From Brevundimonas sp. UBA7664 (GTDB lineage: Bacteria; Pseudomonadota; Alphaproteobacteria; Caulobacterales; Caulobacteraceae): a stretch of 64,000 bases of DNA. Made by a program: the position numbers and the translations under genes. The notes beneath the pieces are model-generated. The model was not told the origin of the DNA and made no database searches. It was given only the letters and a program-made list of their open reading frames with translations. The DNA lies in assembly GCF_002483305.1 (NCBI RefSeq), contig NZ_DLHQ01000050.1, forward strand, positions 18,711-82,710. Reading direction: 5' to 3'. This document shows, one piece after another, positions 9,101 through 22,331 of the stretch (positions are counted from its first letter, which is position 1; each line of letters opens with the position of its first letter).

Positions 9101-10684
9101 GTGATGCGTTTCAACAGGATGGGGCTCGGCGCCCTTGCCTTGGCGGCGTCCGTGGCGCTGGGCGGCTGTATTGTTATCGAGGCGCCAGACCGCGACATGG
9201 TCTGGGCCGAGGCCAGCCCGGCCTGGACTGGCGACAGGGCGGGCGAGCCCGATCGCTCGGAAGCCCACCTCGCGGGCAACACGCCGGCGCAGGTAGCCAC
9301 CAACAGCGTCTTGGCCTGGGGCAGGCACGACCCGGACGCGGTTGTGCTGTGGGCTAGTGGATCAGGTATTTCGGGAATGCCCGTCCTTCTCAAGGACAAC
9401 ATCGAAACCGCCGACATGCCGACCACGGCCGGGTCGCTGGCGCTGGTCGACAACGCGCCTGGCCGGGACGCGCCGCTGGTCGCCCGTCTGCGCGAGGCCG
9501 GGGCCGTGATCCTCGGCAAGACCAATCTGTCGGAATGGGCCAATATCCGGTCGTCGAACTCGACCAGCGGCTGGAGCGCCGTAGGCGGGCTGACGCGCAA
9601 CCCCCATGCGCTGGACCGCAACACCTGCGGCTCGTCCTCGGGCAGCGGAGCGGCGGTGGCGGCGGGACTGGCGCCGGCGGCGATCGGGACCGAGACGGAC
9701 GGGTCGATCACCTGCCCGGCGGCCATCAACGGCATCGTCGGCTTCAAGCCGACGGTCGGTCTGGTCAGCCGCACCCACATCGTGCCGATCAGCCATTCCC
9801 AGGACACGGCCGGACCGATGACGCTGACGGTCGAGGACGCGGCCATCGTGCTGACGGTCATCGCCGGCAGCGATCCGCTGGATCCCGCGACGGTCGAGGC
9901 CGACGCGCGCAAGGTCGATTATCGCGCGGCGCTGGACGCGGGGTCGCTGCGCGGGACGCGGATCGGGGTGATGCGCTGGCCCTCGGGCTACAACGCCGCG
10001 ACCCTGGCGGTGTTCGAGACCAATCTTCAGGTGCTGCGCGACGCCGGCGCGGTGCTGGTCGACATCACCGAGGCGCCGTCGGACGAAGGGGCGATGGGCG
10101 CGGCCGAACTGACGGTGCTGCTGACCGAGCTGAAGGTCGACCTGAACGCTTATCTGGCCTCGACCCGGCCCGACCAGGTGCGGACCCGGACCCTGGCCGA
10201 CGTGATCGCCTTCAACGAAGCGGAGCCGCGCGAACTGGCCCTGTTCGGGCAGGAGCTGTTCCTGCTCGCGGAGCAGACCGGCGGCCTGGACGATCCGGCT
10301 TACATCGAGGCGCGGGCGACGTCGCTGCGGCTGGCCGGGGCGGAGGGGATCGACAAGCTGCTGCGCGAGCATCGGGTCGTCGCCCTGATCGCGCCGACGA
10401 CCGGCCCGGCCTGGACCACGGATGTGGTCAACGGCGACCATTACGGCGGCGCGGTGTCGACCATGCCGGCCATCGCCGGCTATCCGCATCTGACCGTGCC
10501 CATGGGCTTCGTCCGCGGCCTGCCCGTCGGTATGAGCTTCATCGGCGGCCAGTGGGAGGACGCCCGGATCCTGTCGCTGGGCTACGCCTTCGAGCAGCTG
10601 ACGCAAGCCCGTCGCAGCCCCACATTCGCCCGGACCGTGGACGTGATGGACGAGACGGCGCCGCTGCTGGCCCCCGTGCACTGA
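9101..10684 (+). CDS. Amidase-signature family enzyme (possible lipoprotein)
   Basis: PVLLKDNIET, GKTNLSEWAN, CGSSSGSGAAVAAG, GTETDGSITCPA; LGGC lipobox-like N-terminus. Confidence 0.93.
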   Translation: MMRFNRMGLGALALAASVALGGCIVIEAPDRDMVWAEASPAWTGDRAGEPDRSEAHLAGNTPAQVATNSVLAWGRHDPDAVVLWASGSGISGMPVLLKDNIETADMPTTAGSLALVDNAPGRDAPLVARLREAGAVILGKTNLSEWANIRSSNSTSGWSAVGGLTRNPHALDRNTCGSSSGSGAAVAAGLAPAAIGTETDGSITCPAAINGIVGFKPTVGLVSRTHIVPISHSQDTAGPMTLTVEDAAIVLTVIAGSDPLDPATVEADARKVDYRAALDAGSLRGTRIGVMRWPSGYNAATLAVFETNLQVLRDAGAVLVDITEAPSDEGAMGAAELTVLLTELKVDLNAYLASTRPDQVRTRTLADVIAFNEAEPRELALFGQELFLLAEQTGGLDDPAYIEARATSLRLAGAEGIDKLLREHRVVALIAPTTGPAWTTDVVNGDHYGGAVSTMPAIAGYPHLTVPMGFVRGLPVGMSFIGGQWEDARILSLGYAFEQLTQARRSPTFARTVDVMDETAPLLAPVH

Positions 10685-10700
10685 GACGACCCGAGAGACA

Positions 10701-10725
10701 GGAACCGGCCCCAAGGGCGGCCGTT
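10701..10725 (+). promoter_or_regulatory. SigT/EcfG (general stress) type promoter
   Basis: GGAAC-N16-CGTT directly upstream of the ATG at 10734. Confidence 0.6.
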
Positions 10726-10733
10726 GGAGGCCG

Positions 10734-11213
10734 ATGGAAAAGCAGTTCGTCAAATTCGCCACGGCGACGGCCAAGGTGGCCGGCAAGCCCTGGACCTTTA
10801 TCGCCTGCCTGGCGATCGTGCTGACCTGGGCCGTCTCCGGTCCGGTCTTCAACTTCAGCGAGACCTGGCAGTTGATCATCAACACCGGCACGACGGTGAT
10901 CACCTTCCTGATGGTGTTCCTGATCCAGAACACCCAGAACCGCGACGGCGCGGCGATCCACGCCAAGCTGGACGAACTGGTGTTCGCGGTGAAGCAGGCT
11001 GATGACCGCTTCATCGGCATCGAACACCTGACCGAGCTCGAACTGGATGCGATCCTGAGGGAGGTCGAGGGCCGCGGCCTGGCCGTGCAGGCGGGCAAGC
11101 CGGCCCGCGCCCTTCCCGGCAAACGCGCGCGGGCGGAAGCGATCGAGGACGCGCAGCCGAAGAAGGCCAGCCCGCGTCGCACCGCTGGAACGAAGACGAG
11201 GACCAAGTCGTGA
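10734..11213 (+). CDS. Low-affinity iron permease (Fet4-like) family small membrane protein
   Basis: WAVSGPVFNFSETWQLIINTGTTVITFLMVFLIQNTQNRDGAAIHAKLDEL signature. Confidence 0.9.
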   Translation: MEKQFVKFATATAKVAGKPWTFIACLAIVLTWAVSGPVFNFSETWQLIINTGTTVITFLMVFLIQNTQNRDGAAIHAKLDELVFAVKQADDRFIGIEHLTELELDAILREVEGRGLAVQAGKPARALPGKRARAEAIEDAQPKKASPRRTAGTKTRTKS

Positions 11214-11485
11214 CAGGCCTCGTCGCCAACGTCGTCGGCACCCTCGCGGCCCTGTGTTCGATCACCAGTTTCGCCCCGCAGATGATCAAGATCTGGAAGG
11301 AGCGTGACGCATCGGCGGTGTCGCTGAAGACCTATTCCCTGACGGTGACCTGCTTCGTGCTGTGGACGGCCTATGGCGTTCTGACCACGGCCTGGCCGGT
11401 CACCATCGCCAATGCCTGCGCCCTCGTCATGGCCTCCGGGGTGCTGGCGATGAAGTGGCGGTTCAGCGACACCCGGCCCCGCTGA
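11210..11485 (+). CDS. SemiSWEET / PQ-loop sugar transporter
   Basis: SFAPQMIKIWK...SLKTY...LWTAYG...WPVTIAN; three TM helices; GTGA overlap with the upstream gene. Confidence 0.88.
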   Translation: MTGLVANVVGTLAALCSITSFAPQMIKIWKERDASAVSLKTYSLTVTCFVLWTAYGVLTTAWPVTIANACALVMASGVLAMKWRFSDTRPR

Positions 11486-11487
11486 GC

Positions 11488-13335
11488 TCAGCGGGCGGCG
11501 GCCGCCTGGGCGGCGTGGACGAGGGCGATGATCCGGTCCGCGGCCTCGTCGGCCGAGCAGGCGGCGGCGTCGATGCGCAGCTCCGGCGCCTCGGGCGCCT
11601 CATAGGGGCTGTCGATGCCGGTGAAATGGCTCAACTGGCCGGCCCGGGCCTTGGCGTAGAGCCCCTTGACGTCCCGCGCCTCGGCCACCGCCAGCGGTAC
11701 ATCGACGAAGACCTCGACGAACTCGCCGGGCTCCATCAGCTCGCGCGCCATGCGGCGTTCCTCGCGGAAGGGCGAGATGAAGGAGACCAGCACGATCAGG
11801 CCCGCGTCCGTCATCAGCCGCGCCACCTCGGCCACCCGGCGGACGTTCTCGACCCGGTCGGCGTCGGTGAAGCCGAGGTCGCGGTTCAGGCCGTGGCGGA
11901 CATTGTCCCCATCCAGCAGGACCGAATGCAGGCCCTCGGCGAGCAGCCGCTGCTCGACCTGGTTGGCGATGGTCGACTTGCCAGCGCCGGACAGGCCGGT
12001 GAACCACAGCACCAGCGGCGACTGGCGTTTGAGGGCCGCGCGGTCGGCCCGGCTGACGCTCAAGGCCTGCGGCCGGACATTGGCCGACCGGCGAAGGGCG
12101 AAGCGGATCATGCCGGCCCCGGCGGTCTCGTTGTTCATCCGGTCGATCAGGATGAAGCCGCCGAGATCGCGGTTGGCGGCATAGGGTTCGAAGGCGACGG
12201 GGGCGTCCAGCGCCAGGGTGCACAGGCCGATGTCGTTCAGCGTCAGGGTCGGGGTGGCCAGGCGCTCGCCGGTATCGACATTGACCTTGTGGCGCAGGTC
12301 GCTGATCCGGGCCGGGACCGTGGTCGCGCCGAGCTTGAGCCAGTAGGACCGGCCCGGCAGCAGGGGGCGGTCCGACATCCACACCAGATGAGCCTCGAAC
12401 TGGTCCGCGACCTGAGGCGGGGCGCCGGCGGCGGCGATCAGGTCGCCGCGCGAGACGTCGACGTCCGGGGTCAGGGTCAGGGTCACGGACTGGCCGGTCC
12501 GGGCCTCGTCGAGGTCCCCGTCCAGGGCGACGATGCGTTCGATCGCGGCGCTCACGCCCGACGGCAGGATGCGGACGGCGTCGCCGGGCCGGGCGACGCC
12601 GGCCACGATCCGGCCCGCGACTCCACGGAAGTCCGCGTTGGGCCGGTTGACCCCCTGCACTGTCATTCGCAGCGGGCCGGACGTGGTCTCGGCCAGGCTG
12701 ACTGTCTGGAGATGCGCCATCAGACCCGGACCGGTGTACCAGGATGTCAGGTCGCCCGCCGCCGAGATGTTCTCGCCCGAACGGGCACAGGTCGGGATGG
12801 CGATGATATCGGTCAGGCCGATCGGGTCGGCGAAGGCGCGGTAGTCATCGACGATCGCGTCGAACCGGTCCTGCGACCCCTCGACCAGATCCATCTTGTT
12901 GACCGCCAGCACGACGCGCCGGACCCCCAGCAGGGCCAGCAGCCGGCTGTGCCGCCGCGTCTGGGTCAGCACCCCCTTGCGGGCGTCGATCAGCACGATG
13001 GCCAGGTCGGCCGTCGAGGCGGCGGTGACCATGTTGCGGGTGTACTGCTCGTGTCCCGGGGTGTCGGCGAGCACGAAGCGGCGCTCGCCGATGTCGAAGA
13101 AGCGATAGGCGACGTCGATGGTGATGCCCTGCTCGCGCTCGGCCGACAGGCCGTCGACGAGGAAGGACAGGTCCAGCGCGCCGTCGAGATCGGGCAGGGC
13201 CGCGATCTGATCGGAGGGAATGGCGCCGGCGTCGTACAGCAGGCGGCCGATCAGGGTCGATTTGCCGTCGTCGACCGAGCCGCAGGTGATCAGCCGGACG
13301 ATCTCGCGGGGGCCGGTATCGTGAACGGGGGCCAT
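11488..13335 (-). CDS. cysNC: Bifunctional sulfate adenylyltransferase subunit 1 / adenylylsulfate kinase (CysNC/NodQ-like)
   Basis: [22 protein letters not shown] and NKMD GTPase motifs; C-terminal [32 protein letters not shown]. Confidence 0.95.
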   Translation of the reverse strand: MAPVHDTGPREIVRLITCGSVDDGKSTLIGRLLYDAGAIPSDQIAALPDLDGALDLSFLVDGLSAEREQGITIDVAYRFFDIGERRFVLADTPGHEQYTRNMVTAASTADLAIVLIDARKGVLTQTRRHSRLLALLGVRRVVLAVNKMDLVEGSQDRFDAIVDDYRAFADPIGLTDIIAIPTCARSGENISAAGDLTSWYTGPGLMAHLQTVSLAETTSGPLRMTVQGVNRPNADFRGVAGRIVAGVARPGDAVRILPSGVSAAIERIVALDGDLDEARTGQSVTLTLTPDVDVSRGDLIAAAGAPPQVADQFEAHLVWMSDRPLLPGRSYWLKLGATTVPARISDLRHKVNVDTGERLATPTLTLNDIGLCTLALDAPVAFEPYAANRDLGGFILIDRMNNETAGAGMIRFALRRSANVRPQALSVSRADRAALKRQSPLVLWFTGLSGAGKSTIANQVEQRLLAEGLHSVLLDGDNVRHGLNRDLGFTDADRVENVRRVAEVARLMTDAGLIVLVSFISPFREERRMARELMEPGEFVEVFVDVPLAVAEARDVKGLYAKARAGQLSHFTGIDSPYEAPEAPELRIDAAACSADEAADRIIALVHAAQAAAAR

Positions 13336-14240
13336 CAGAAATAGCCCTCGCGCTTCTTCTGCTCCATCGAGGCGGATGGGTCGTGGTCGATGGCCCGCCC
13401 CTGGCGTTCGGACACCAGCGCCTCGCGGACCTCGCGCACCACGGCGTCGAGGGTGTCGGCGTCGCTGTCGACGGCGGCGGTCAGAGGCCAGCAGCCAAGG
13501 GTGCGGAAGCGGACCCGTCGCATCCGGGCGGCCTCGCCGGGCCGCAGGGGCATGCGCGCGTCGTCCAGCATCAGCAGGGCGCCGTTACGCTCGATGATCG
13601 GCCGTTCGGCGGCGAAATAGAGCGAGGGCAGGGCGAGGTTCTCACGCTGGATGTAGCGCCAGACGTCCAATTCGATCCAGTTCGACAGGGGAAAGACCCG
13701 CACCGACTCCCCATCGCTGAGGCGGGTGTTGTAGAGGCTCCACAGTTCGGGGCGCTGGCGTTTGGGGTCCCAGCCGTGCGCCGCCGTGCGGACCGAGACG
13801 ATGCGCTCCTTGGCCCGGCTCTTCTCCTCGTCACGACGCGCGCCCCCGAAGGCGGCGTCGAACCCGTGCAGGTCCAGCGCCTGTTTCAGCCCCTGGGTCT
13901 TCCACAGGTCGGTATGGACATTGGCTCCGTGATCGAACGGGTTGATCCCGTCCGCCTCAGCCTCGGGGTTGCGGTGGACCAGCAGCCGCATGCCAGCCGT
14001 CGCCGCGGCCTTGTCGCGGAAGGCGTACATCTCGCGGAATTTCCACATCGTATCGACGTGAAGCAGGGGGAAGGGCGGGACGGCCGGGAAGAAGGCCTTG
14101 CGCGCGAGGTGCAGCAAGACCGCCGAGTCCTTGCCGCCGGAAAACAGCAGCACCGGCCGTTCGCACTCGGCGACGACTTCCCGGAAGATATGAATGGCCT
14201 CGGCTTCCAGTGAGCCCAGGACGTCGTCGTGCAGCCGCAT
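13335..14240 (-). CDS. cysD: Sulfate adenylyltransferase subunit 2
   Basis: [50 protein letters not shown]. Confidence 0.96.
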   Translation of the reverse strand: MRLHDDVLGSLEAEAIHIFREVVAECERPVLLFSGGKDSAVLLHLARKAFFPAVPPFPLLHVDTMWKFREMYAFRDKAAATAGMRLLVHRNPEAEADGINPFDHGANVHTDLWKTQGLKQALDLHGFDAAFGGARRDEEKSRAKERIVSVRTAAHGWDPKRQRPELWSLYNTRLSDGESVRVFPLSNWIELDVWRYIQRENLALPSLYFAAERPIIERNGALLMLDDARMPLRPGEAARMRRVRFRTLGCWPLTAAVDSDADTLDAVVREVREALVSERQGRAIDHDPSASMEQKKREGYF

Positions 14241-14278
14241 GGGTCAGCTTTGGCCCCGGAATCGCGCGGCGCCAAGCC

Positions 14279-14671
14279 TCACGCGGGAATGACCGCGGTG
14301 GTCTCGATCTCGACCCGCGCTGCGTCCTCGATCAGGCCCTTGACCTCAACCACGGCCATGGCGGGGTAGTGGGGCCCGATCCGCTCGCGCCAGGCGGCGC
14401 CGATGTCGCGCAGGGCGGCGAGATATTCGCGCTTGTCGACCACGTACCAGGTCATGCGGACGATGTGCTCGGGGCCCGCGCCCGCTTCGGCGAGGACGGC
14501 GAGCGTATTGTCTATCGTCTGGCGGAACTGGGCGGCGAAACCGTCAGGGAAGGCGCCGGCCGTGTTCCAGCCGATCTGGCCGGCGACGAAGACCGTCCGA
14601 CCGGTCGCCTCTATTCCGTTGGAATAGCCTTTGGGCCGGGGCCAGCCTTCGGGCAGCAGGACGCGGTTCAC
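14279..14671 (-). CDS. RidA/YjgF/YER057c family protein
   Basis: WPRPKGYSNG, FVAGQIGW, HIVRMTWY, YPAM, VEIETTAVIP. Confidence 0.9.
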   Translation of the reverse strand: MNRVLLPEGWPRPKGYSNGIEATGRTVFVAGQIGWNTAGAFPDGFAAQFRQTIDNTLAVLAEAGAGPEHIVRMTWYVVDKREYLAALRDIGAAWRERIGPHYPAMAVVEVKGLIEDAARVEIETTAVIPA

Positions 14672-15086
14672 GAGACACTCTCCACGAAGGGGGCGATCCG
14701 GGCGCGCAGGGCGTCGGGCCAGGGCTCCGGCTTCAGCGACTCGCCGACATAGACGATGGTCTGGATCGCCTCGAAGCGGAGGTCGGCCCCGGCCGAAATG
14801 CGGTGGCGCAGGGTGCAGGACGCGCCACCCAGTCTTGTGACAGACAGGGCGAAGGTCAGAACGTCCTCCAGCCGGGATGGCGCAATGAAGCGCGCCTCAA
14901 CAGCGGCGGTGGGTACGCTTACGTGGCGGTTGACGTGCAGTTCGCGGAACGAGGCCTCAAGCGGGCCGGCGAACCAGTCCTCGACCACCCCGTTCAGCAT
15001 CTCGAAATAGCGCGGGAAGAAGACGATGCCGGCCGCGTCGCAGTCGGCGAAGCGGACGCGGCGTTCGCTCGTGAAGACCTGAACCG

Positions 15087-15090
<4 letters not shown>
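14668..15090 (-). CDS. Acyl-CoA thioesterase (4HBT-like hotdog fold)
   Basis: VRFADCDAAGIVFFPRYFEM motif. Confidence 0.9.
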
Positions 15091-16696
<1,606 letters not shown>

Positions 16697-16697
<1 letters not shown>

Positions 16698-17863
16698 CAG
16701 ACGCCTCCCGCAAGGCCCGCCAGCACCTGCCGGGCGATGACGATCTTCTGGACCTCGGAGGCCCCCTCATAGATGCGCAGGGCGCGGATCTCGCGGTAGA
16801 GGCGTTCGACCGGATGGCCCGAGACGACGCCAAGGCCGCCGAACAGCTGGACGGCCGCGTCGATGACCTGCTGCGCCTCGTCAGTGGCGTAGAGCTTGGC
16901 CATGGCGGCCTCGCGGGTGATGCGCGGCGCGCCCTGGTCCTTGAGCCATGCGGCGCGGTAGATCAGCAGGGCCGAGGCGTCGATCTTCAGCGCCATGTCG
17001 GCGAGCGAGGCCTGGACCAGTTGCAGGTCGCTCATCGGCGCGCCGAACAGCCGGCGGGCGGAGGTGCGGGCCGCGGCCTCGTCAAGGGCGCGGCGCGAGA
17101 AGCCGAGGGCGGCGGCGGCGACCGTGGAGCGGAACACGTCGAGCGTGGCCATGGCGATGCGGAAGCCCTCGCCCGGCGTGCCGAGGAGGCGGTCGCCGTC
17201 GATGCGGCAGCCGTTGAACCGGATCGTCGCCAGCGGATGCGGGGCCATCAGGGGGATGCGCTCGACCACCTCGAAACCCGGCGCGTCGGCGTCGACGACG
17301 AAGGCGCTCAGCCCCTTGGCCCCGGGCGCCTCGCCGGTGCGGGCGAAGACGGTGTAGCGGTCGGCGAGGCCGCCGTTGGAGATGAAGGTCTTGGTCCCAT
17401 CGAGGACCCAGCCGTCGCCGTCCCGGCGCGCGCCGGTCGACAGGGCGGCGACGTCGGAGCCGGCGTCGGGTTCGGACAGGGCGAAGGCAGCGATGGTCCG
17501 ACCCGCCGCGACGCCGGGCAGCCACCGGGCCTTCTGGTCCTCCGTACCGAAAAGGCTGATCGGACCGGAGCCGAGGCCCTGCATGGCGAAGACGAAGTCG
17601 GCGAGGCCCGAGCGGCGGGCGAGGGTCTCGCGTGTCAGGCACAGGGTGCGGACGTCGAGCTTGCCGTGGGCGTCGGGGACGGCGTTGTTCAGCCAGCCGC
17701 CCTCGGCCAGGGCCTTGAGGATGGTGCGGCAATCGCCGTCGAGGTCGTGGTCGCCGTGCAGGTTCACCGCATCGGTGCGGTCCGCCCAGGCGTCGAGATC
17801 GGCGGCGAAGGCGCGGTGGCGGTCGTCGAAGAAGGGCCAGTCGAGGAAGGTGCGGTCGGCCAT
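16697..17863 (-). CDS. Acyl-CoA dehydrogenase
   Basis: [46 protein letters not shown]. Confidence 0.93.
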
Positions 17864-17866
17864 GAC

Positions 17867-18679
17867 TCAGTTCCCCTCGAACACCGGCTCGCGCTTGGCG
17901 GCGAAGGCCTCATAGGCGCGGCGGAAGTCGTTGGTCTGCATGCAGATGGCCTGGGCCTGGGCCTCGGACTCGATGGCGGCGTCGAGACTCATGTCCCATT
18001 CGACGTTGAGCTGGTTCTTGGTGATCCCGTGGGCGAAGGTCGGGCCCTTCGCGAGCGACAGCGCCAGTTCTCGGGCGGCGTCCATCAGGCCGTCCGGCTC
18101 GACCAGCCGGTTGTGGAAGCCCCAGCGCTCGCCTTCGTCGGCGGTCATGACGCGGCCGGTGAACAGCAGCTCCGACGCCCGGCCCTGGCCGATCTGGCGG
18201 GGCAGGATGGCGCAGGCGCCCATGTCGCAGCCGGCCAGGCCGACGCGGGTGAACAGGAAGGCGGTCTTCGTCCGCGGCGTGGCGAGGCGCAGGTCCGAGG
18301 CCATGGCCATGATGGCCCCGGCCCCGACGCAGACCCCGTCCAGCGCCGCGATGACCGGCTGGGGGCAGCCGCGCATCGCCTTGACCAGATCGCCGGTCAT
18401 GCGGGTGAAGACCAGCAACTCGGGCATGGCCATCTCGGTCAGCGGGCCGATGATCTCGTGCACGTCGCCGCCCGACGAGAAATTGCCGCCCGCGCCGGTG
18501 ACGATCACCACCTTGCAGTCATCGGCGTGGACCAGGGCGCGGAACAGATCGCGCATCTCGGCGTAGGACTCGAACGTCAGCGGGTTCTTCCGCTCGGGCC
18601 GGTTCAGGGTCAGGGTCGCGACGCCGTCGTCGTCGACCGACCAGAGGAAATGGGCCGCCTTGTAGTCGCGCGCCTTCAT
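17867..18679 (-). CDS. Enoyl-CoA hydratase/isomerase family protein
   Basis: [34 protein letters not shown]. Confidence 0.92.
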   Translation of the reverse strand: MKARDYKAAHFLWSVDDDGVATLTLNRPERKNPLTFESYAEMRDLFRALVHADDCKVVIVTGAGGNFSSGGDVHEIIGPLTEMAMPELLVFTRMTGDLVKAMRGCPQPVIAALDGVCVGAGAIMAMASDLRLATPRTKTAFLFTRVGLAGCDMGACAILPRQIGQGRASELLFTGRVMTADEGERWGFHNRLVEPDGLMDAARELALSLAKGPTFAHGITKNQLNVEWDMSLDAAIESEAQAQAICMQTNDFRRAYEAFAAKREPVFEGN

Positions 18680-18683
18680 CCGT

Positions 18684-19193
18684 TCAGCTCCTCGTGCCCA
18701 GTTCTTCGGGGGTGGTGGCGTGAAGCGACCGCTTGGTGCGCTCCAGCAGGCGGGTCAGATCGTCGGCCTCGGCCGCGGTCAGATCGGCGAACAGGGCCTC
18801 GATCCAGCGTTCGTGGGCGCGGGCCATGGCGGCGAAACGGGCGTCGCCCTCTGCGGTCAGGCGCACGCGTTGCACCCTTCGATCGGCGCCGGGCAGGTGC
18901 TCGATCAGTCCGTCGGCCTTGAGCCGCTGGGCCAGGCCGGTGACATTGCCGTTGGAGACCATCAGCATGCGTGAGACCTCGCCCATGGTCAGACCGGCGT
19001 CGCCGGCGCGGTCGAGCGCCGACAACATGTCGAACCGGGGCAGGGTCGAGCCGAACTCGTCGCGCAGCCGCTGGGCGATGGTCTGTTCGATGGTGGTGGC
19101 GCAGGTCAGCAGGCGCAGCCACAGGCGCAGGGAGCGTTTGCCGTCCGGCGCGCCGCCGAGACGGTCAGGCAGAGAGGCGAGGGCCGGGTTCAC
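18684..19193 (-). CDS. MarR family transcriptional regulator
   Basis: From GTG 19193: LRLWLRLL...[11 protein letters not shown]...[15 protein letters not shown]...[13 protein letters not shown]. Confidence 0.9.
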   Translation of the reverse strand: MNPALASLPDRLGGAPDGKRSLRLWLRLLTCATTIEQTIAQRLRDEFGSTLPRFDMLSALDRAGDAGLTMGEVSRMLMVSNGNVTGLAQRLKADGLIEHLPGADRRVQRVRLTAEGDARFAAMARAHERWIEALFADLTAAEADDLTRLLERTKRSLHATTPEELGTRS

Positions 19194-19951
19194 AGCTCGC
19201 CGCCCGCGACCGGCACCGCCGCGCCGTTGACGCCCGAGGCGCCGGCGCCGCAGAGCCAGACGATGGTCTGGGCCACCTCGTCGGGGGTGATCAGCCGGCC
19301 CTGCGGGTTGGATGCGGCGAGGGCGGCGCGGGCTTCGTCCGCCGTCCGTCCGGTCTTGGCGGTGATGGACTCTATGGAGCGTGCGACAAGCTCGGTTTCG
19401 GTGAAGCCGGGGCAAACGGCGTTGACGGTGACGCCCTTCGACGCGACCTCCAGCGCCAGTGCGCGGGTCAGGCCGACGAGGCCGTGCTTGGCCGCGACAT
19501 AGGCCGAGACATAGGCGTAGCCCTTGAGCCCGGCGGTCGAGGCGACGTTGATGATGCGGCCCCACCGGCGGGTCAGCATGCCAGGCAGGACCAGACGGGC
19601 GGCCTCGGCCGGCGCTTCGAGGTTGAGGGCCAGCATGGCTCGCAAGGCGTCGGCGTCGGTCTTGAGGAAGGGAGCCGAGGTCGCGGCGCCGGCGTTGTTG
19701 ATCAGGATGTCGATCGGTCCGAAACGGTCGCGGCCCGCCTCGATGGCGGCGGCCAACATATCGGGATCGGTGACGTCGGCGGGGGCGGCGAAGGCGAGGT
19801 CGCCGATGCGGTCGGCGGTCTCGGCCAGGCGGACGACGTGGCGGCCGATCAGGGTCACCTGGCAGCCCGCCTCGGCCAACCGTTCGGCGGTGGCGCGGCC
19901 GATGCCGGAGCCGGCTCCGGTGACCACGGCGTGATGTCCGGTGAGGCTCAT
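19190..19951 (-). CDS. SDR family NAD(P)-dependent oxidoreductase
   Basis: [17 protein letters not shown] (YxxxK), NAVCPG; ATG 19951 overlaps the upstream TGA. Confidence 0.92.
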   Translation of the reverse strand: MSLTGHHAVVTGAGSGIGRATAERLAEAGCQVTLIGRHVVRLAETADRIGDLAFAAPADVTDPDMLAAAIEAGRDRFGPIDILINNAGAATSAPFLKTDADALRAMLALNLEAPAEAARLVLPGMLTRRWGRIINVASTAGLKGYAYVSAYVAAKHGLVGLTRALALEVASKGVTVNAVCPGFTETELVARSIESITAKTGRTADEARAALAASNPQGRLITPDEVAQTIVWLCGAGASGVNGAAVPVAGGEL

Positions 19952-22245
19952 ACCGGTCCCGCCTGCTGCTGCTTCTCGAGATTGCGGGCCAACTGGGCGA
20001 AGCCGGCGAGGTACTGGACCGGCGGTTTCTGCCCGCGCCATCCGAGCTCGGCGGCGGCGCGCAGGCTCCAGTTCGGATCGGCCAGATGCGGCCGGGCGAG
20101 GGCGCACAGGTCGGCGCGGCCGGCGGCGAGGATGCTGTTCACGTGGTCGGTCTCATAGATGTTGCCGACGGCCATGGTGGCGACGCCCGCCTCGTTGCGG
20201 ATGCGATCGCTGAAGGGGGTCTGGAACATGCGGCCATAGACGGGCCGCGCTTCTTCCGAGGTCTGGCCCGCCGAGACATCGATCAGGTCGCAGCCCGCCT
20301 CGGCGAAGGCGCGGGCGATGGCGACCGAGTCGTCGGGCGTGAGACCGTCGTCGACCCAGTCGGTGGCGGACAGGCGCACGGACATCGGCTTGTCGTCGGG
20401 CCAGACGGCGCGCATGGCGGCGAAGACCTCGAGCGGGAAGCGCAGCCGGTTCTCGACGGAGCCGCCGTAGTCGTCGGTGCGGTGGTTCGAGACCGGCGTG
20501 AGGAAGGATGACAGCAGGTAACCGTGGGCCCCGTGCAGCTCGACCATGTCGAACCCGGCCTCGTGGGCCCAGGCCGTAGCGCGGACGAAGTCGTCGCGGA
20601 CGCGGTCCATGTCGGCGCGGGTCATCTCCCGCGGGATCTGGTCTTCAACCGACCACGGAATGGCGGAGGCGGCGATCAGGGGCCAGCCGTCCTCCAGCGG
20701 CTGATCGGCGCGCGGTCCCCAGGGCCGTTCGACCGAGCCCTTGCGACCCGCGTGGGCCAGCTGGATGGCGATGCGGGACCCCTGGGCGTGAACGAAGTCG
20801 ACGATCCGTTTCCAGGCGTCGCGGTGGTCCGGGCGGTACATGCCGGCGCAGCCGGGGGTGATACGGCCATCGGCCGAGACGTCGGTCATCTCGGTGAAGA
20901 CCAGACCGGCGCCGCCCAGGGCGCGGGCGCCCAGATGGACGAGGTGGAAGTCACCGACCATCCCTTCCTCGGCCGAGTACATACACATGGGCGAGACGAC
21001 GACGCGGTTGGGCAGGGTCAGGCCGCGCAGACGCAGGGGCGCGAACATCGGCGCGGGGGGATCGTCCGTAGGCGGAGCGCCGGCGTTGGCCGCGAACCAG
21101 CGCTCGACACCGGTCAGGAAATCGCGGTCGCGCAGGCGCAGGTTTTCATGGCTGACGCGCTGGCTGCGGGTCAGCAGGCTGTAGGCGAACTGCAGCGGTT
21201 CGAGATCGACATATCGGTCAACGGTCTCGAACCATTCGGTGGAGTTGCGGGCGGCGCTCTGCAGCTTCAGCACCTCGACGCGCCGCTCGGCCTCATAGGC
21301 GGCGAGGCCTGCATCCAGATCATCGGCCTCCGTCAGCGTCTCGGCGAGGCGGATGGCGTCCTCGAAGGCCAGCTTGGTCCCCGAGCCGATGGAGAAATGG
21401 GCAGTGTGGGCGGCGTCGCCCAGCAGCACCACCTTGCCGTCGCGCCAGTTGGAACAGGCGACGCGCGGGAAGTTGAGCCAGGCCGATCCGCGCAGGTGTC
21501 TGGCGTTGCTCATCAGGGCGTGGCCGCCCAGCCAGTCGGCGAACAGGCCTTCCGCCGCGCAGCAGGTCTGGTCCCGGTCCATGGCGTCGAAGCCGAGGCC
21601 GCGCCAGGTCGTCTCGGTGCATTCGACGATGAAGGTCGAGGCCCCCGGCTCGAACTGGTAGGCGTGGGCCCAGATCCAGCCGTGCGGGGTCTCGACGAAG
21701 GCAAAGGTGAAGGCGTCGAAAGACTGTTTCGTGCCCAGCCAGATGTATTTGTTGGTGCGCACGTCGATGTCGACGCCGAAAGTCTCGGGGTTGTCGTTGC
21801 GGATCCGGCTGTTCAGGCCGTCGGCGGCGACGACCACATCAGCCGGCAGGGCGCGGATGTCGGCGATCTCGCTCTCGAAGCGCAGGTCCACGCCCAGCGA
21901 TCGGGCGCGGTTCTGCAGCAGGGTCAGCAGCTTCTGGCGGCCGATGCCGGCGAAGCCGTGGCCGCCCGAACGGATGGTCTGGCCGTGGATGTGGACGTCG
22001 ATGTCGTCCCAGTGGACGAAGGCGGCCTCGATCGTTGCGGCGGTCTCGGGATCATTGGCCTTGAGATTGGCGAGTGTCTGGTCCGAGAAGACCACGCCCC
22101 AGCCGAAGGTGTCGTCGGGTCGGTTGCGTTCATGCACGACAACCTCGAGCGAGGGATCGCGCAGCTTGAGCGAGATGGCGAGGTACAGGCCGCCCGGCCC
22201 GGCCCCCACCACGGCGATGCTTCTGACAGCCTGATCCGACAACAT
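19948..22245 (-). CDS. abmA: Bifunctional salicylyl-CoA 5-hydroxylase / 2-aminobenzoyl-CoA monooxygenase-reductase
   Basis: N-terminal FAD monooxygenase ([36 protein letters not shown]) fused to an OYE-like reductase ([21 protein letters not shown]). Confidence 0.85.
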   Translation of the reverse strand: MLSDQAVRSIAVVGAGPGGLYLAISLKLRDPSLEVVVHERNRPDDTFGWGVVFSDQTLANLKANDPETAATIEAAFVHWDDIDVHIHGQTIRSGGHGFAGIGRQKLLTLLQNRARSLGVDLRFESEIADIRALPADVVVAADGLNSRIRNDNPETFGVDIDVRTNKYIWLGTKQSFDAFTFAFVETPHGWIWAHAYQFEPGASTFIVECTETTWRGLGFDAMDRDQTCCAAEGLFADWLGGHALMSNARHLRGSAWLNFPRVACSNWRDGKVVLLGDAAHTAHFSIGSGTKLAFEDAIRLAETLTEADDLDAGLAAYEAERRVEVLKLQSAARNSTEWFETVDRYVDLEPLQFAYSLLTRSQRVSHENLRLRDRDFLTGVERWFAANAGAPPTDDPPAPMFAPLRLRGLTLPNRVVVSPMCMYSAEEGMVGDFHLVHLGARALGGAGLVFTEMTDVSADGRITPGCAGMYRPDHRDAWKRIVDFVHAQGSRIAIQLAHAGRKGSVERPWGPRADQPLEDGWPLIAASAIPWSVEDQIPREMTRADMDRVRDDFVRATAWAHEAGFDMVELHGAHGYLLSSFLTPVSNHRTDDYGGSVENRLRFPLEVFAAMRAVWPDDKPMSVRLSATDWVDDGLTPDDSVAIARAFAEAGCDLIDVSAGQTSEEARPVYGRMFQTPFSDRIRNEAGVATMAVGNIYETDHVNSILAAGRADLCALARPHLADPNWSLRAAAELGWRGQKPPVQYLAGFAQLARNLEKQQQAGPV

Positions 22246-22246
22246 A

Positions 22247-22260
22247 TTTTAAGCTTGAAA
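22247..22260. promoter_or_regulatory. AT-rich near-palindrome, candidate MarR operator
   Basis: TTTTAAGCTTGAAA (12/14 symmetric) immediately upstream of the operon's first codon, in an otherwise GC-rich region. Confidence 0.55.
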
Positions 22261-22331
22261 CAAAATCCGGCGATAGTCCAGAACTGGTTGGGCGGGTAGC
22301 CGAACCCGGTCCGACCGGGCAGGGTGGATGG

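Noticed and set aside
9180-9400. Atypical amidase N-terminus as a recent insertion or frameshift
   Set aside because: The frame is open and all amidase catalytic motifs follow; ordinary divergence explains it.
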